Below are positions 1 to 11,722 of a stretch of DNA of 64,000 nt, one piece after another. How positions within the stretch are numbered: the stretch's first letter is position 1; the number at the start of each line of letters is the position of its first letter. The notes below the pieces were generated by a model. That model was not told the origin of the DNA. It was given only the letters and a program-made list of their open reading frames with translations, and did not search any database. The DNA comes from Octopus vulgaris (Eukaryota): NCBI GenBank assembly GCA_951406725.2, contig OX597814.1, forward strand, positions 5,890,001-5,954,000. The letters run 5' to 3'. The position numbers were made by a program, and so were the translations under genes.

Positions 1-17
1 CAGGGGTACCTTACTGT
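1..17 (+). CDS. Possible 3' end of an upstream TXNDC16-like exon (truncated by window edge)
   Basis: GTGAGT donor at 18. A phase-2 reading (QGYLT+GT|A) is open and joins the 1415 exon. Too short to verify. Confidence 0.35.
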
Positions 18-252
18 GTGAGTATTTTTCCATTATGCATCACTTTAGGTGTATTAAATTACAGACAAGCATGCACACAAGCAAGTAAGCAACCACAGTG
101 TTTTAGTAGTATGTAGATAACAGATCAGGGAAGGTGACCTGTAAAAATATCTTGTTATCTCCCTTGCATTGGCCCTGGATTTTTGCAAGAATTTGCATTC
201 ACCATAATTCAGCTAAATCCTCAATTATTTTATGTGAGAACATTCGTGCACA

Positions 253-287
<35 letters not shown>

Positions 288-289
<2 letters not shown>

Positions 290-438
290 TCTTTTACTCT
301 TTTTACTCTTTTACTTGTTTCAGTCATTTGACTGCGACCATGCTGGAGCACCGCCTTTAGTCGAGCAAATCGACCCCAGGACTTATTTTTGTAAGCCCAG
401 TACTTATTCTATTGGTCTCTTTTGCCGAACCGCTAAGT
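288..438 (-). mobile_element. tRNA-derived SINE family A, 3' fragment
   Basis: Reverse complement of the 3' end of 6771-7175, including the (GTAAAAGA)n tail. Confidence 0.8.
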
Positions 439-466
439 GAACCGCTATATATATATAGCCGAACCG

Positions 467-514
<48 letters not shown>

Positions 515-641
515 TAGAAGGTTTGGAGATGATGTACAGGTATTATATATTAGAAGAAATGAGGTACTCAGAAATGTGGATGGTTTTATATTTACAGATA
601 TTTATTAGCATGTTACATGTCTTTATACATCATATATGATA

Positions 642-681
642 TATTAGCGCTTTCATCCAGTCTAGTGGAGTTTTCAAATTG
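642..681 (-). ncRNA. Decayed hammerhead-like motif, U3-A8 variant
   Basis: Minus strand reads UUGAAAA-C-UCCA(6-nt loop)UGGA-U-GAA-AGCGCU-A. Stem I has only about 2 bp. Confidence 0.35.
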
Positions 682-999
682 AACTAACTCCTGCAGGAAT
701 TTTGACTCTTTTTATAGTATTATTGAGTGTGTAGGCGTGGGGAGAGCTCTAAGATAGTACAAGAGGGTGAGGAATGGGGAGAAAGTGCCATTTGTGTGAT
801 ATCGGTATCTGCCATGATTGTGATTTTGCATGGTTCAGTGAGTCTTCTTCTCAAGCAAGACATAATGCCAAAGGTCTTGGTCATTGCCTCCAACACTCAA
901 AAGGAGCTCAGCCACTTTGCGTCTGTGAAGGTGCTTTTTTTGTGTGCCACCTATATGGGTGCCAGTTATGTGACACCAGCATCAGCCATGGCTATGATT

Positions 1000-1357
1000 T
1001 CACTTGGCTTGCCAGGTCTTCTCAAGCACAACATATTGCCAAAGCTCTCGGTCACTGGTCACTGCCTCTGTGAGGCACTGATCACTGGTCATTGCCTCTG
1101 TGAGGCCTAAAGTTCAAGTGTCATGCTTCACCACTTTGTCTCATGTCTTCCTGGGTCTACCTCTTCCACAGGTTCCCTCCACAGTTAGAGATCGGCTCTT
1201 CTTTACACGGCCGTCCTCATCCGTACACAACACATGACCATACCAGTGCAGTCATCTCTCTTGCACACCACATCTGATGCCTCTAATGCCAAACTTTTCT
1301 TTCAAGATGCTTACACTCTGACGTCCATGCACACTGACATTGTGCATCCAGTGAAGC
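1000..1357 (-). mobile_element. RTE LINE C-terminal fragment
   Basis: Matches 24210-24530. Confidence 0.8.
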
Positions 1358-1414
1358 TTAAATACTTTATACATTTATAAAAACTTCATAATAACATTTG
1401 TTTTGTTTTTATAG

Positions 1415-1574
1415 ACAACATTCAAAAGATAACAGCACAATGATATGGTTTTTCCTGTGCAAAGACAGCTCTGATACGGAACCCTTTGGTGTTTGTCCCA
1501 CTGTCCTCTATCGTGGGAATATTTCATTCACTTCCCTTGCCTCAGCCATCAAACTCGTCAATGGACCCAAATAT
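1415..1574 (+). CDS. TXNDC16: TXNDC16/ERp90-like exon (QHSKDNSTMIWFFLCKDSS...AIKLVNGPKY)
   Basis: Pyrimidine tract plus AG at 1413-1414, GTAAGT at 1575, phase 2 to 0. Resembles the recalled LYFFHCK...IKTMKAP region of vertebrate TXNDC16. Confidence 0.75.
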
Positions 1575-2112
1575 GTAAGTATGGCATGATGAATGTTTCG
1601 CAAAAGCCGTTGAAATGTCTTTTGTTATGTGACCGTAAGGGAGAAAGTGCGTTCATGTGTGTGTGTGAGTGTGTGATGAGGAGAGAGAGAGAGACAGAGA
1701 GAGAGAAGCAACAGTTTAGTTTAGTACATAACAAGTGAGTCAGTGCTTCAGATACCTCCATACTTTCTAAAATTCCCCAATACCACTCCAGACATGCCCA
1801 TCCATCCTTTCCTCTTTATATCTCTTTTAATGTTCGCTTTTTAAGCCTGTACATCTCAGCTCTCTTTGTTGTCTTTCTTCACTTATTTGGTTGGTTTCTG
1901 TTCCTTCTTCTAGACTTTTCCCTCAAGTTGTTTTGCACCTGAGCACTGTACACAATAAGTGCCTAATTAACTACTTCAGCTGTTTGGATGATTTATGGGT
2001 GACTGTAAGAGTTCGTTTCAGTATTGTCTAAATGAAATATGGGAGAATTTCAGGAGGGTAACTTTAGAAGGAATAGTAATGTCTGGGACACAGTCTGACA
2101 ATTTTAATGTAG

Positions 2113-2385
2113 AGGGCCGTTGCCAGCCTCGCCTGGCCCCCGTGCAGGTGGCACGTAAAAAGCTCCATCCGTCCGTGGCCGTTTGCCAGCTCCGTCTGGC
2201 ACCTGTGCAGGTGGCACGTAAAAAGCACCCACTACACTCACGGAGTGGTTGGCGTTAGGAAGGGCATCCAGCCGTAGAAACATTGCCAGATCAGACTGGG
2301 CCTGATGCAGCCTTCTGGCTTCACAGACCCCAGTTGAACCGTCCAAACCTTGCTAGCATGGAAAGCGGACGCTAAATGATGATGA
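2113..2385 (+). mobile_element. RTE-LINE 3' UTR-derived repeat; further copies at about 10093-10586 (+), 11941-12350 (-), 20940-21050 (-), 22025-22170 (-), 26970-27487 (-), 28045-28220 (+), 31340-31810 (-), 33598-33805 (+), 41220-41435 (+), 52480-52770 (+)
   Basis: Shared GTGGCACGTAAAAAGCACCC...GGAAGGGCATCCAGC...GCATGG...(GAT)n. The same sequence terminates the LINEs at 23545 and 57098. Confidence 0.85.
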
Positions 2386-3619
2386 GATTGTGTTAAATGA
2401 ATGTTGGATCCATGTTGAAAACAGGTGTGAAGTATTTAGTTTTTTTCTTCATAATTTAATCTGCGGAGGACGGGATGCTGCCACCAACCTCCCAGGTCTT
2501 CTTAGAGTGAAGTGTGGAGGGATAGAGAGTTTGGAACAAATTGATATTGTTAACAAGTGAGTAAAGGGTAAATATGGAGGAATTTCAGGAGGGCAACTTT
2601 AGAAGGAGTAATAAGGGCTGAGTGCAATTTGTCTGAGACACAGACAATGCAAAAGTGAATAAAGTCTACTCGAAGATTAAGGTATATTAATCAGGCTGTG
2701 GCTTGATTAATTAATGTTTACAGGGCAACGACATTGATTTATAGGATGTATAGTTCAATGTCTGATGCTAAAGTGAAGGGAAATTTGAGTCCTGGGGGCA
2801 GAAGTACCTTTCAGCCAAAATGAATAACCCCTTGATACATGATCCTTTAAAGGTTCTGTTTTGTCTCTGAATTTCAGAAATTAGTTTCTAAGTGGCAAAC
2901 ATTTCAGTTTGTTTAGATAATCATAGTTTTATAGATTCTTGATTACAATGTCAAGACAAAGACACTCCCATCCACCCCACCCCTATGGACTTCTTTAATT
3001 TTCTATCGACCAAATCCACTCAGAAGGTCTGGGGCTATTGCAGAAGACGTCTGCCCATGAGTGCAATGCAGTGGGACTGAACCTGGAACCATGTGGTTGG
3101 GAAGAAAGCTTCTTAACCTCACCTGTACCTAATATTTATGATATTTAGATAAATCTTGGCATTATCTCTGCAAAGGGAAATATGGTTTGACCATTTTGAA
3201 TAAGGAGCTCAAAATTCTGGATCTGAGATGTCTTTCTATGAAAGAAAAAGTATTTTCTTGGAATCTTGGATTCATTGTCTTTTTATAAAGCATATTTATG
3301 ATATTCCACTTTTAGATGTTGTCTTTAGTCTTTGAAAAAGTCATCAGCATCGTCTTACCATTTCTTCCCACCTTTTCAGGCTTCATTAATTCCTTTCATC
3401 TTTTGTAGTAAGACTGTTCCTGCTCTATTCTAGGCTTAAACTAAAACCCCTTTTCTATATTCTTATTCTACCGTAATGTCTAAGCACGAACTCATGTAGT
3501 TTCCCTTTGATTTCTCAAGATGCCTGTCCGAGTGTCTTAGGAGAGATAAGGTGTTGTGATGTTCATGCCTTTTCAAATAATCTTAATTAGGACACTACTG
3601 AAACATCACTTGGCATCAA

Positions 3620-3890
3620 AATATTGACTTGACTCACCTAGAATACACTTGACTTACCTAGAGTGCACTTGACTCCCAGTACAATTGACTCACCTAGGGT
3701 ACCACTTAGCTTGATTCACATATAATGTACTTGACTCAGCTGGAATGTACTTGCCTTGATTCCCCTCCTTGGCTTAACTCAGAGTATACTTGACTCAGCT
3801 AAAGTACATTTGACTTGGCTCACTTAGAATAATCTTGACTCACTTGACTTGACTCTCCTAACTTGACTCATCTGGAGTGCACTTGAGACT
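3620..3890. repeat. Degenerate ~20-bp minisatellite rich in TTGACTCA
   Basis: Recurrent (tac)acttgactcacctaga-like units. Confidence 0.75.
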
Positions 3891-4319
3891 CCATTCTACT
3901 TTCTTCCACCAATGGTAATTGTTGTTTAAGACGTTTTTCTATAAAGCCGCACCCTCATCCTACCACTTCATTTGTGTGAAGCTGGAGTAGTGAGGGGTTA
4001 GGGATTAAACCCTGAACAGGGATGATGAAGGGTCTCTGCTGATCAATCCAGCTGATTGATTGATTGACTGAATGATTAATCAAATAATCAATTATTTAAT
4101 TGGTTAAATGGTTAACCTATTGACTAATAATAATAAAGGAAGTGAAATAAAACCTTTGCATGTGTATATTATTGGCGTAATGACCCTCCCAAGACACAAC
4201 AAAATCTATTTTAACATACAATTTCCCATCAAGAATGTTGCCAACCAAAGACTAAAATGAAACCTCATGAAAAGAAGTCCCTGAAAATGTTGTTTAAAAT
4301 ATACAAACATTTTGTTTTT

Positions 4320-4600
4320 AATACAGTTCTGTATTTAAAAGATGAGGAATTATGTACATTATTTACATTTGATGGATATTTGTCCTCATCTTGTTTGTTG
4401 TTAACACAACGTTTCGGCTGATATACCCTCCAGCCTTCATCAGGTGTTTTGGGGGAAATTTCGAACCTGGGTTTTCATTCTTAAGGTAGTTTTCAATGTT
4501 ATTATTATTCAGGTCACTGTCTAGAATCGAACTCGGAAACTTGCGGTTAGTAGCCTGTGCTCTTAACCACTATGCCATATGGAGTGAATTTTAGGGCTTA
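4320..4600 (-). mobile_element. Penelope-like terminal repeat carrying the hammerhead
   Basis: Contains the 4403-4448 ribozyme. A short partial copy (gtacattatttacatttgatggata) occurs at about 40937-40961. Boundaries approximate. Confidence 0.55.
4403..4448 (-). ncRNA. Minimal type I hammerhead ribozyme (canonical C3-G8), Penelope-like-element type
   Basis: Minus strand reads AACAC-CUGAUGA-A-GGCUG(10-nt loop)CAGCC-GAA-ACGU-U-GUGUU. Stems I and II and the core are intact, and stem III is palindromic. Confidence 0.8.
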
Positions 4601-5080
4601 TAAATCTAATATTTTCCTTAATACCGGCTCCCATATGCTATTCATATCTGCACTCAGTCTGCTTTGGAGGTTGTTGTTTTTTACCATGTAGACAATATCC
4701 AATATATCAAAATTGTTCTTAAAATTCTTCCTATATATTATGTGTTGTTTTCTAACATATAATGAATTTCGTTTTCATAAATTACTCGGTTCCTTTATTT
4801 ATTAAAATGGTTAACATAATTCCTTGACTTGTTTCTCTTTCTTCTGTAGTATTATCTCCCAGAAAATGGATCCAGCATCCCATGTAATGTTTCAAATTGC
4901 CTCTATTTATTCCATTCAAAAGAAAATAAAGCCGACGTGGAGAATGTCGCAGAATCGGTGGTGACAACGTATTTAGGGGTTGTGGCTGTTATTTTAGTCG
5001 ACATGTGAGTATTACTCCTTTTGTTGGGAAATTCTGTGTTGGAGGTGAAAGTATGGTTCCTATAACCATTATGTATTTAA

Positions 5081-5485
5081 CTAGCAGTATCACCCGGCGT
5101 TGCTTGGGTTTGTAAGGGAAATAACTATATAAGCATTTTTAGAAAGTTATAGCCAAAAAATAGCAAAAAAATGCATTAAAAATGGAAAAAAATGATGGTA
5201 AATTTTTTTAAAAATCGTTGACTCATCGTAGACATTTTTAGAGAGTTACTTCCCTTATATAATAGCGAAAAAATGCATTAAAATGGAAAAAAATGATGGT
5301 AAATTTTTTTTAAAATCGTAGACTCATCGTAGATGCGCGCTAATACCCAGAAGGGCTCAATATGAATCACGACTATAAGATACTGCACCGGTTAAACTTG
5401 GTTAAACTGCACCGCAAAATGTGGGAGTAGTTAGGAATCTAAATCGTAGGAGACAGACACACAACTTGACTTTTATATATAAAGA
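5081..5485 (-). mobile_element. Non-autonomous Helitron
   Basis: Minus strand runs A|TC...subterminal GC hairpin...CTAG|T. Four copies are present in the window. Confidence 0.8.
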
Positions 5486-5509
5486 TTGTTATTATACTGG
5501 TTGATGAGG

Positions 5510-5872
5510 AAGGTGATTGGATGGAACTTACACTCGCCTACTTATGAGAGCTCAAAACATATCGTGGAAGCGTCATCCAACCAAAGTACAAATATATGGG
5601 AAATTACCACCTGTGTCATCTCTTGTGAAAGGTGGAAGAGTTCAGTTTGCTGGACATTGTTGTAGAGCTGAAAAAGAGGTAATTCCTACTCTTCTCCTCT
5701 GGAAGTCATCTGCTCGCGATGCCAGAGGGTGCACATTCTCCTACCCTGATGTAATCTCCAGGGATACAGGCATCCAGCAATGGGACCTCCGTAATGCTAT
5801 GATGGACTGTGAAGTCTGACGTAACATAGTAAATTCCATTGTCTCGACCACGGTCGAACGATGATGATGATT
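5510..5872 (+). mobile_element. RTE/RTE-X-like LINE 3' fragment (different family)
   Basis: DGTYTRLLMRAQNISWK...RVQFAGHC.R C-terminal pattern and a (GAT)n tail. Confidence 0.8.
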
Positions 5873-6534
5873 GGTCCTCGTTTAGCTGGCATGAATTGGA
5901 TGGTTTGATAGGATCCAGTGGGTCCAAGGTTTACATAATATTCCAACCGTATGGTTTCTGCAGTTAGATGCCCCACCTAATGCCAACCTCTTGCTGTTGT
6001 CTACTGGTGAGTGTGTCATGGACCTTACAAGACTATGAATTTGAGAGAGGCAGCTTTATACTGCTAGGAGATGAAGGGCTAAATTATGAGTTAAGGGGCT
6101 AGAGCAATCACATACTTTTTGCTGTAGAGGGGCCACATGGCTGTTCACACTTTAGAAGAGCTGGTAGGAGTGATTAGTGTGAAGCTGGAAGATGGGGTCA
6201 ATTGATGTAGAACTGGAAACGATCAACGTGAATATCAATCATCATAATTTGGATATGGTAAAACCTTTTACTGCAGGAATAGTCTCTGAAGAGCACTCTC
6301 TAGGTGGACTTGTGTAGATTACACTTTTTATTTGGTGCTGAGAGAGTGATATCATTGGCTCACAGAATGCTTGTGTTTTGGCATCATTCCACTTTGTTTG
6401 TTATGAAAACCACAAAACCCAAATCTTTCTTTCACAGCCCAAATAAGACTTCCTAACATTAAATCAAACGGAAGTTTTAAGATACATTGAAATAAGAATT
6501 TCTTTTTCCCATTTGATTGTAATCAATAAAAATA

Positions 6535-6695
6535 ATTACGGAGATGTACTTGCATAGCAAGTGACCTGATCTGAGATTGTGTGCTGGAACGAAAACAATT
6601 GCAGCGTGGAAGGTGTTTGTAAGCCATTTAAGAAAAACACAAAAGCCGTTCGATTCACTCCAACATTTTACAGCTTTTGTGGTTTCTTAAATAAA
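6535..6695. mobile_element. Truncated relative of the 28604-28913 element
   Basis: Reverse complement of about 28790-28915 (gagatgtacttgcatagcaagtgac...caattgcagcgtggaagg) with a short inverted tail. Confidence 0.7.
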
Positions 6696-6770
6696 AATTA
6701 TTAGTTTCATAAATTGTTTCAATAATTAATTATCAGTGTAGAAGATATAATGTCAAAGAAAAACAAAATA

Positions 6771-7175
6771 GGAGTGGCTGTGTGGTAAGTAGCTTGTTTA
6801 CCAACCACATGGTTCCGGGTTCAGTCCCACTGCGTGGCACATTGGGCAAGTGTCTTCTACTATAGCCTCGGGCCAACCAAAGCCTTGTGAGTGGATTTGG
6901 TAGACGGAAACTGAAAAGAAGCCCGTCGTATATATGTATATATGTATATATGTGTGTGTGTGTTTATGTGTCTGTGTTTGTCCCCCTAGCATTGCTTGAC
7001 AACCGATGCTGGTGTGTTTATGTCCCCGTTACTTAGCGGTTCGGCAAAAGAGACCGATAGAATAAGTACTGGGCTTACAAAAAGAATAAGTCCCTGGGTC
7101 GAGTTGCTCGACTAAAGGCGGTGCTCCAGCATGGCCGCAGTCAAATGACTGAAACAAGTAAAAGAGTAAAAAGAG
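6771..7175 (+). mobile_element. tRNA-derived SINE family A
   Basis: A-box-like TGGCTGTGTGG and B-box-like GGTTCAGTCCC head, internal (TA)n(TG)n, (GTAAAAGA)n tail, many copies in the window. Confidence 0.85.
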
Positions 7176-7291
7176 TGAGAGAGATTAAAGAATTATAGGA
7201 ATTTACAAATGCAAGGGGAAGAATGTGGTCTGAGACCCAGAACCTCTGCTTCATATGTTTTTTCTTTAACCAGTTGTTTCTGTGTTTTTAG

Positions 7292-7367
7292 GGATTCCAA
7301 AAATCTGAACAGTTACCTCTACTATACAAAAAAGACCCCTTCTGCAGCCATTTCTTTTGCTGGGCAG
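7292..7367 (+). CDS. TXNDC16: TXNDC16-like exon (DSKNLNSYLYYTKKTPSAAISFAGQ)
   Basis: tgtttttag acceptor and CAG|GTAAGT donor. Only the phase 2 to 0 frame continues open into the 9801 exon. Confidence 0.65.
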
Positions 7368-7436
7368 GTAAGTACCATTGATATACAATAGCTGTTTTGA
7401 CCCCTTTTGACTTATTTAAGAAAAATTCATTTATTG

Positions 7437-7509
7437 CATCATCATCACCATCATTATCACCATCATCATCATCATCACCACCACCACCACCACCACCACC
7501 ACCACCACC

Positions 7510-7543
<34 letters not shown>

Positions 7544-7657
7544 TCATCATCACTACTACCACCACCACCACCACCACCACTCACCATCACCAGCGGCACC
7601 TCCTCCACCACCACCACCACTCATCATCATAACCACCACCACCACCACCATCACCAC
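7437..7657. repeat. (CAT)n/(CAC)n microsatellite
   Basis: Directly visible. Confidence 0.95.
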
Positions 7658-8285
7658 TTTAAGTCCACTTTTCATATTGATGTGGGTTGGACAGGTCCAT
7701 TATGGTCTGAGTGCTTATTTGAAGTCAGTGTCTTCTTGCTTGGGTCAGAGTATATGTCGCTTTAATGGCACAAGAAACATTCGCAAACAATGTTATCAAA
7801 GAAATATGGAAGGAGCAAAGCGTTACAATGTATTGGACATTGTCTTTCTTGATATACAAATGAAAAGTCATGGAAAAACCGATGAAAGAAGGACAAGAAA
7901 AATGGAGATTAAAAAAAGAAAAGAACCAGGAATTGATTTTGCCACATTATTGCCCCCATTCCTGCAGACTTTCTATGGCTCTCCAACCAATTCTTTTACT
8001 GATTTCAGGCATTGACACTAACCCACTTTGTTTTATTGTTTTTACATTTGATTTTTCATGCTGGCATGAGTTAGATGAATACATGCCATTGAAGCATTTT
8101 TTTACAACTGGATGCTTTTCCTATCACTAACCCTTACTTTGTTTTTTAAGTAAGGGATTTCTTCGTATTTCCCAAGTTTTCAAAGTGGCAGACCTGTTGA
8201 TAGGGGAGTGGCAGCGGTGTCCTTGCCTGTGGCTGAGTAATGCTCAAAGGAGCATAAATATAACCACACAGATATACACTGACAT

Positions 8286-8325
<40 letters not shown>

Positions 8326-9095
8326 ACATAAACACACACACCCACACACACCCACCCACTAAGCATCATCCAGTTTCTGTGTACCAATTTATCTCACAAA
8401 TCTTTTGTCAGCCGATGACCAAAATAGAAGATACTTGTCCCAGGTGCTGTGCAATGAGATTGAACCCAAAACCCTGTGCTTGGAAAGCAAACTCCTCAGC
8501 CATGCCTGGACCCTAATTTAATATTTGGTTTTTATAAATGATTACTCACATCATATACAGTCGTTATTTGCTGTTTGATGTTTAGGCTCAGGTGATCACT
8601 GAGAAGACAGGTTTAGAATCAAATGATACTCCAGCCATGACCATCCTGTCTTTGTCCAATGTGTCCTTTCTTTTCTAAACCTGTTGGGTAGGATTTTAGG
8701 GCTTTGAACTGCTATTTCTAGCAGATTGAGCAGCACATGACAGCTCTCTATTTGGCTGCTTTGTACCTGGGAAATTGCCAAAGGTTTGTCATTTAGCAAG
8801 AAGCAATATTCTGGGCCCAGCTCACAATTGCACCTCCATTGTAGCTCAAGAGCAAAAGTGAAAGTAGCAGGTACATCATCATCGTTGTTTAACGTCTGTT
8901 TTTCCATGCTGGCATGGGTTGGATGGTTTGACAGGAGTTGGCAAGGTCAAGATACACATCCAGTTCCATTGTTCTTATTAACACCAGCCACTTTACAGAA
9001 TGTACTGGCTGCTTTTTATGTGGCACCAACACCAGTGCTTTATAAGTGGGACCACGTTAAGGAGACCTGACACCTTACTAACCTGTATTACTATA

Positions 9096-9499
9096 TATTT
9101 CTTTATTGCCCACAAGGGGCTAAACATAGAGGGGACAAACAAGGACAGACAAACGGATTAAGTCGATTACATCGACCCCAGTGCGAAACTGGTACTGTAT
9201 TTATCGACCCCGAAAGGATGAAAGGCAAAGTCTACCATGGCGGAATTTGAACTCAGAACGTAACGTCAGACGAAATACCTATTTCTTTACTACCCACAAG
9301 GGGCTAAACACAGAGGGGATAAACAAGGACAGACAAACGGATTAAGTCAATTATATCGACCCCAGTGCATAGCTGGTACTTAATTTATCGACCCCGAAAG
9401 GATGAAAGGCAAAGTCGACCTTGGCGGAATTTGAACCCAGAACGTAGTACTGCTAAGCATTTCGCCTGGCGCGCTAGCGTTTCTGCTAGCTCGCCGCCT
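9096..9499 (-). mobile_element. SINE family C with internal ~183-bp duplication, 12-bp TSD
   Basis: TGTATTACTATA at 9084-9095 and 9500-9511. Body segments 9096-9278 and about 9279-9445 are repeats of each other. Confidence 0.82.
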
Positions 9500-9800
9500 T
9501 GTATTACTATAGTCTTTTTATTGTCTCCTCGTACCACCACCACCACCACCACCACCTTCATAATTTAACATCATCATCATCATCATTTAGTGCCATGCAG
9601 TGGGACTGAACCTGGAATCATGCGGTTGGGAGGCAAATTCTTACCCCACAGCCATCCCGTTGTACCCCTTTTTTAAAGTTACCAAGAACTCAAGAGAAAA
9701 TGAAGATTTATTTTATTTCCTTCAAAAATAAATGTTGCATTTTTATGATAAATGTGGATATTAAAATAGATTCTATTTCTTTTTTTTTTTTTTTTTACAG

Positions 9801-9933
9801 AATGGAAAAACTTTCATGGAGACATCTTTTTCTAAAGTGTCTTTGATGAATTTCCTCCAAAGATACGTAGCCGGTTCCGTAGTCAAACAAGAACCCTTAA
9901 TTGAAGAACAAGAGGCATTAGAAGAATTTGCTT
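9801..9933 (+). CDS. TXNDC16: TXNDC16-like exon (NGKTFMETSF...EEQEALEEFA)
   Basis: Poly-T plus ACAG acceptor and an open frame with an acidic linker. The weak GTGTGT donor at 9934 was chosen to give the phase 1 needed by the next exon. Confidence 0.7.
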
Positions 9934-10787
9934 GTGTGTATCTTTAAACTTAATGTTGTTGTTGTTGTTGTTGTAATTAATTGGGGTTAATCTTCTTTCA
10001 GAGATTGATTCCTACCTGTTGAAATAACGACCAAAGATTTTCTAGAAAAACAAAAAAGGAATTATATGGAACCATATTTTGAGTTGTAATATGGTGGCCG
10101 ATGCCAGCGCCGCCTCCACTGGCTTCCGTGTCGGTGGCACGTAAAATACACCAATCCAACCGTACGACAGGCACCCATGCCAACCCCCTTTGCTTGCGAA
10201 GACGTGTTGGGGCAAGCGAAATCGAAATCGAAATCGAATTGAACCAGCCAGGATCCCTGGTCTGGTGGTACGTAAAAAGCACTATCCGACTCGTGGCCGA
10301 TGCCAGCCCTGCCTCGACTGGCTTCCGTGCCGGTGGCACATAAAATATACCAATCCGACCGTGGCCGTTGCCAGCCTCGCCTGGCACCTGTGCAGGTGGC
10401 ACGTAAAAAGCACCCACTACACTCACGGAGTGGTTGGCGTTAGGAAGGGCATCCAGCTGTAGAAACATTGCCAGATAAGACTGGAGCCTGGTGCAGCCTT
10501 CTGGCTTCCCAGATCCCCGGTCGAACCGTCCAACCCATGCTAGCATGGAGAACGGACGTTAAACGATGATGATGATGATGATGATGTTGCCATCACCTCC
10601 GAGATGTTTAGTCAGATATTTTCTAGAATCTGTTTCTTGATCTTTAGCATTTCAGCATATTTATTGAGCCATGTCTGTCGTTATATTTTAAACAGTTGTG
10701 GCAGACGCTCCCAGGTTAGAAATGGGCTGGTCCACTACTTTTAAACAGTGGACAGACCCAGTAAGTAGTGTCAGTCAGCTAGGTACA

Positions 10788-11193
10788 GGCACAGGAGTGG
10801 CTGTGTGGTAAGTAGCTTGCTAACCAACCACATGGTTTCGGGTTCAGTCCCACTGCGTGGCATCTTGGGCAAGTGTCTTCTGCTATAGCCCCGGGCCGAC
10901 CAATGCCTTGTGAGTGGATTTGGTAGACGGAAACTGAAAGAAGCTTGTCGTATATATGTATATGTATATATGTGTGTGTGTATATGTTTGTGTGTCTGTG
11001 TTTGTCCCCCTAGCATTGCTTGACAACCGATGCTGGTGTGTTTACGTCCCCGTCACTTAGCGGTTCAGCAAAAAGAGACCGATAGAATAAGTACTGGGCT
11101 TACAAAGAATAAGTCCCGAGGTCGATTTGCTCGACTAAAGGTGGTGCTCCAGCATGGCCGCAGTCAAATGACTGAAACAAGTAAAAAGAGAGA
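10788..11193 (+). mobile_element. tRNA-derived SINE family A
   Basis: Full-length match to the 6771 copy. Confidence 0.85.
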
Positions 11194-11339
11194 GTACACC
11201 ATTCAGGCCAGTCACACAGAGATGGCAAAATATGTTGTCATTATGTGGGACATATCAATGGCGACGAAGATACCTCCCGCTGTATAACGGTGTTGTTTTA
11301 ACAGTGGTAACAAGGTTATGAATGCTTGTAGGAATGTAC

Positions 11340-11722
11340 AAACAATAACTCTGAGCACCTTTTCAAACTCCACCCATCTAACACCCGTGGACATATTTAC
11401 AAAGTCAGAAAACAGCACAGCTCCCATGACTTTCGGAAACATTTTTTCACACTAAGAGTTGCTGAAGCATGGAACAAACTGCCGGCATCAGTTGTTAGTT
11501 GTCGGAGCACTGCATCCTTCAAAACTTCCATGCTTCCTGAGATTCACCAACACTACACCTGATTTTCTCCCCTCCATACACACACAAGCATGTATTTGAC
11601 TCATGCATTGTTCGCTTTCCAGACATTTGTACATTACTGCATGTACTTTATACGCACTTTCTGACAAGTTGTGGTGCACCTGAGCACTGTATACAATAAT
11701 TTCATTATTATTATTATTATTA
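11340..11722 (+). mobile_element. CR1-like LINE 3' end
   Basis: TRGH.YK...FFTLRVAEAWNKLPASVV...SFK C-terminus and an (ATT)n tail. Confidence 0.82.

Noticed and set aside
1715-1734. 20-nt phase 0 to 2 microexon candidate (FSLVHNK) with a GTGAGT donor
   Set aside because: The acceptor is preceded by a purine (GA)n tract and the exon is too short for the expected missing segment. It is kept only as a note.
9998-10546. Recurrent 100-200-aa ORFs containing FLQLDALPNANHSVSVVGAFYVPP (also 26996 and 52364)
   Set aside because: These are antisense readings of the multi-copy LINE 3' UTR repeat, not a protein family.
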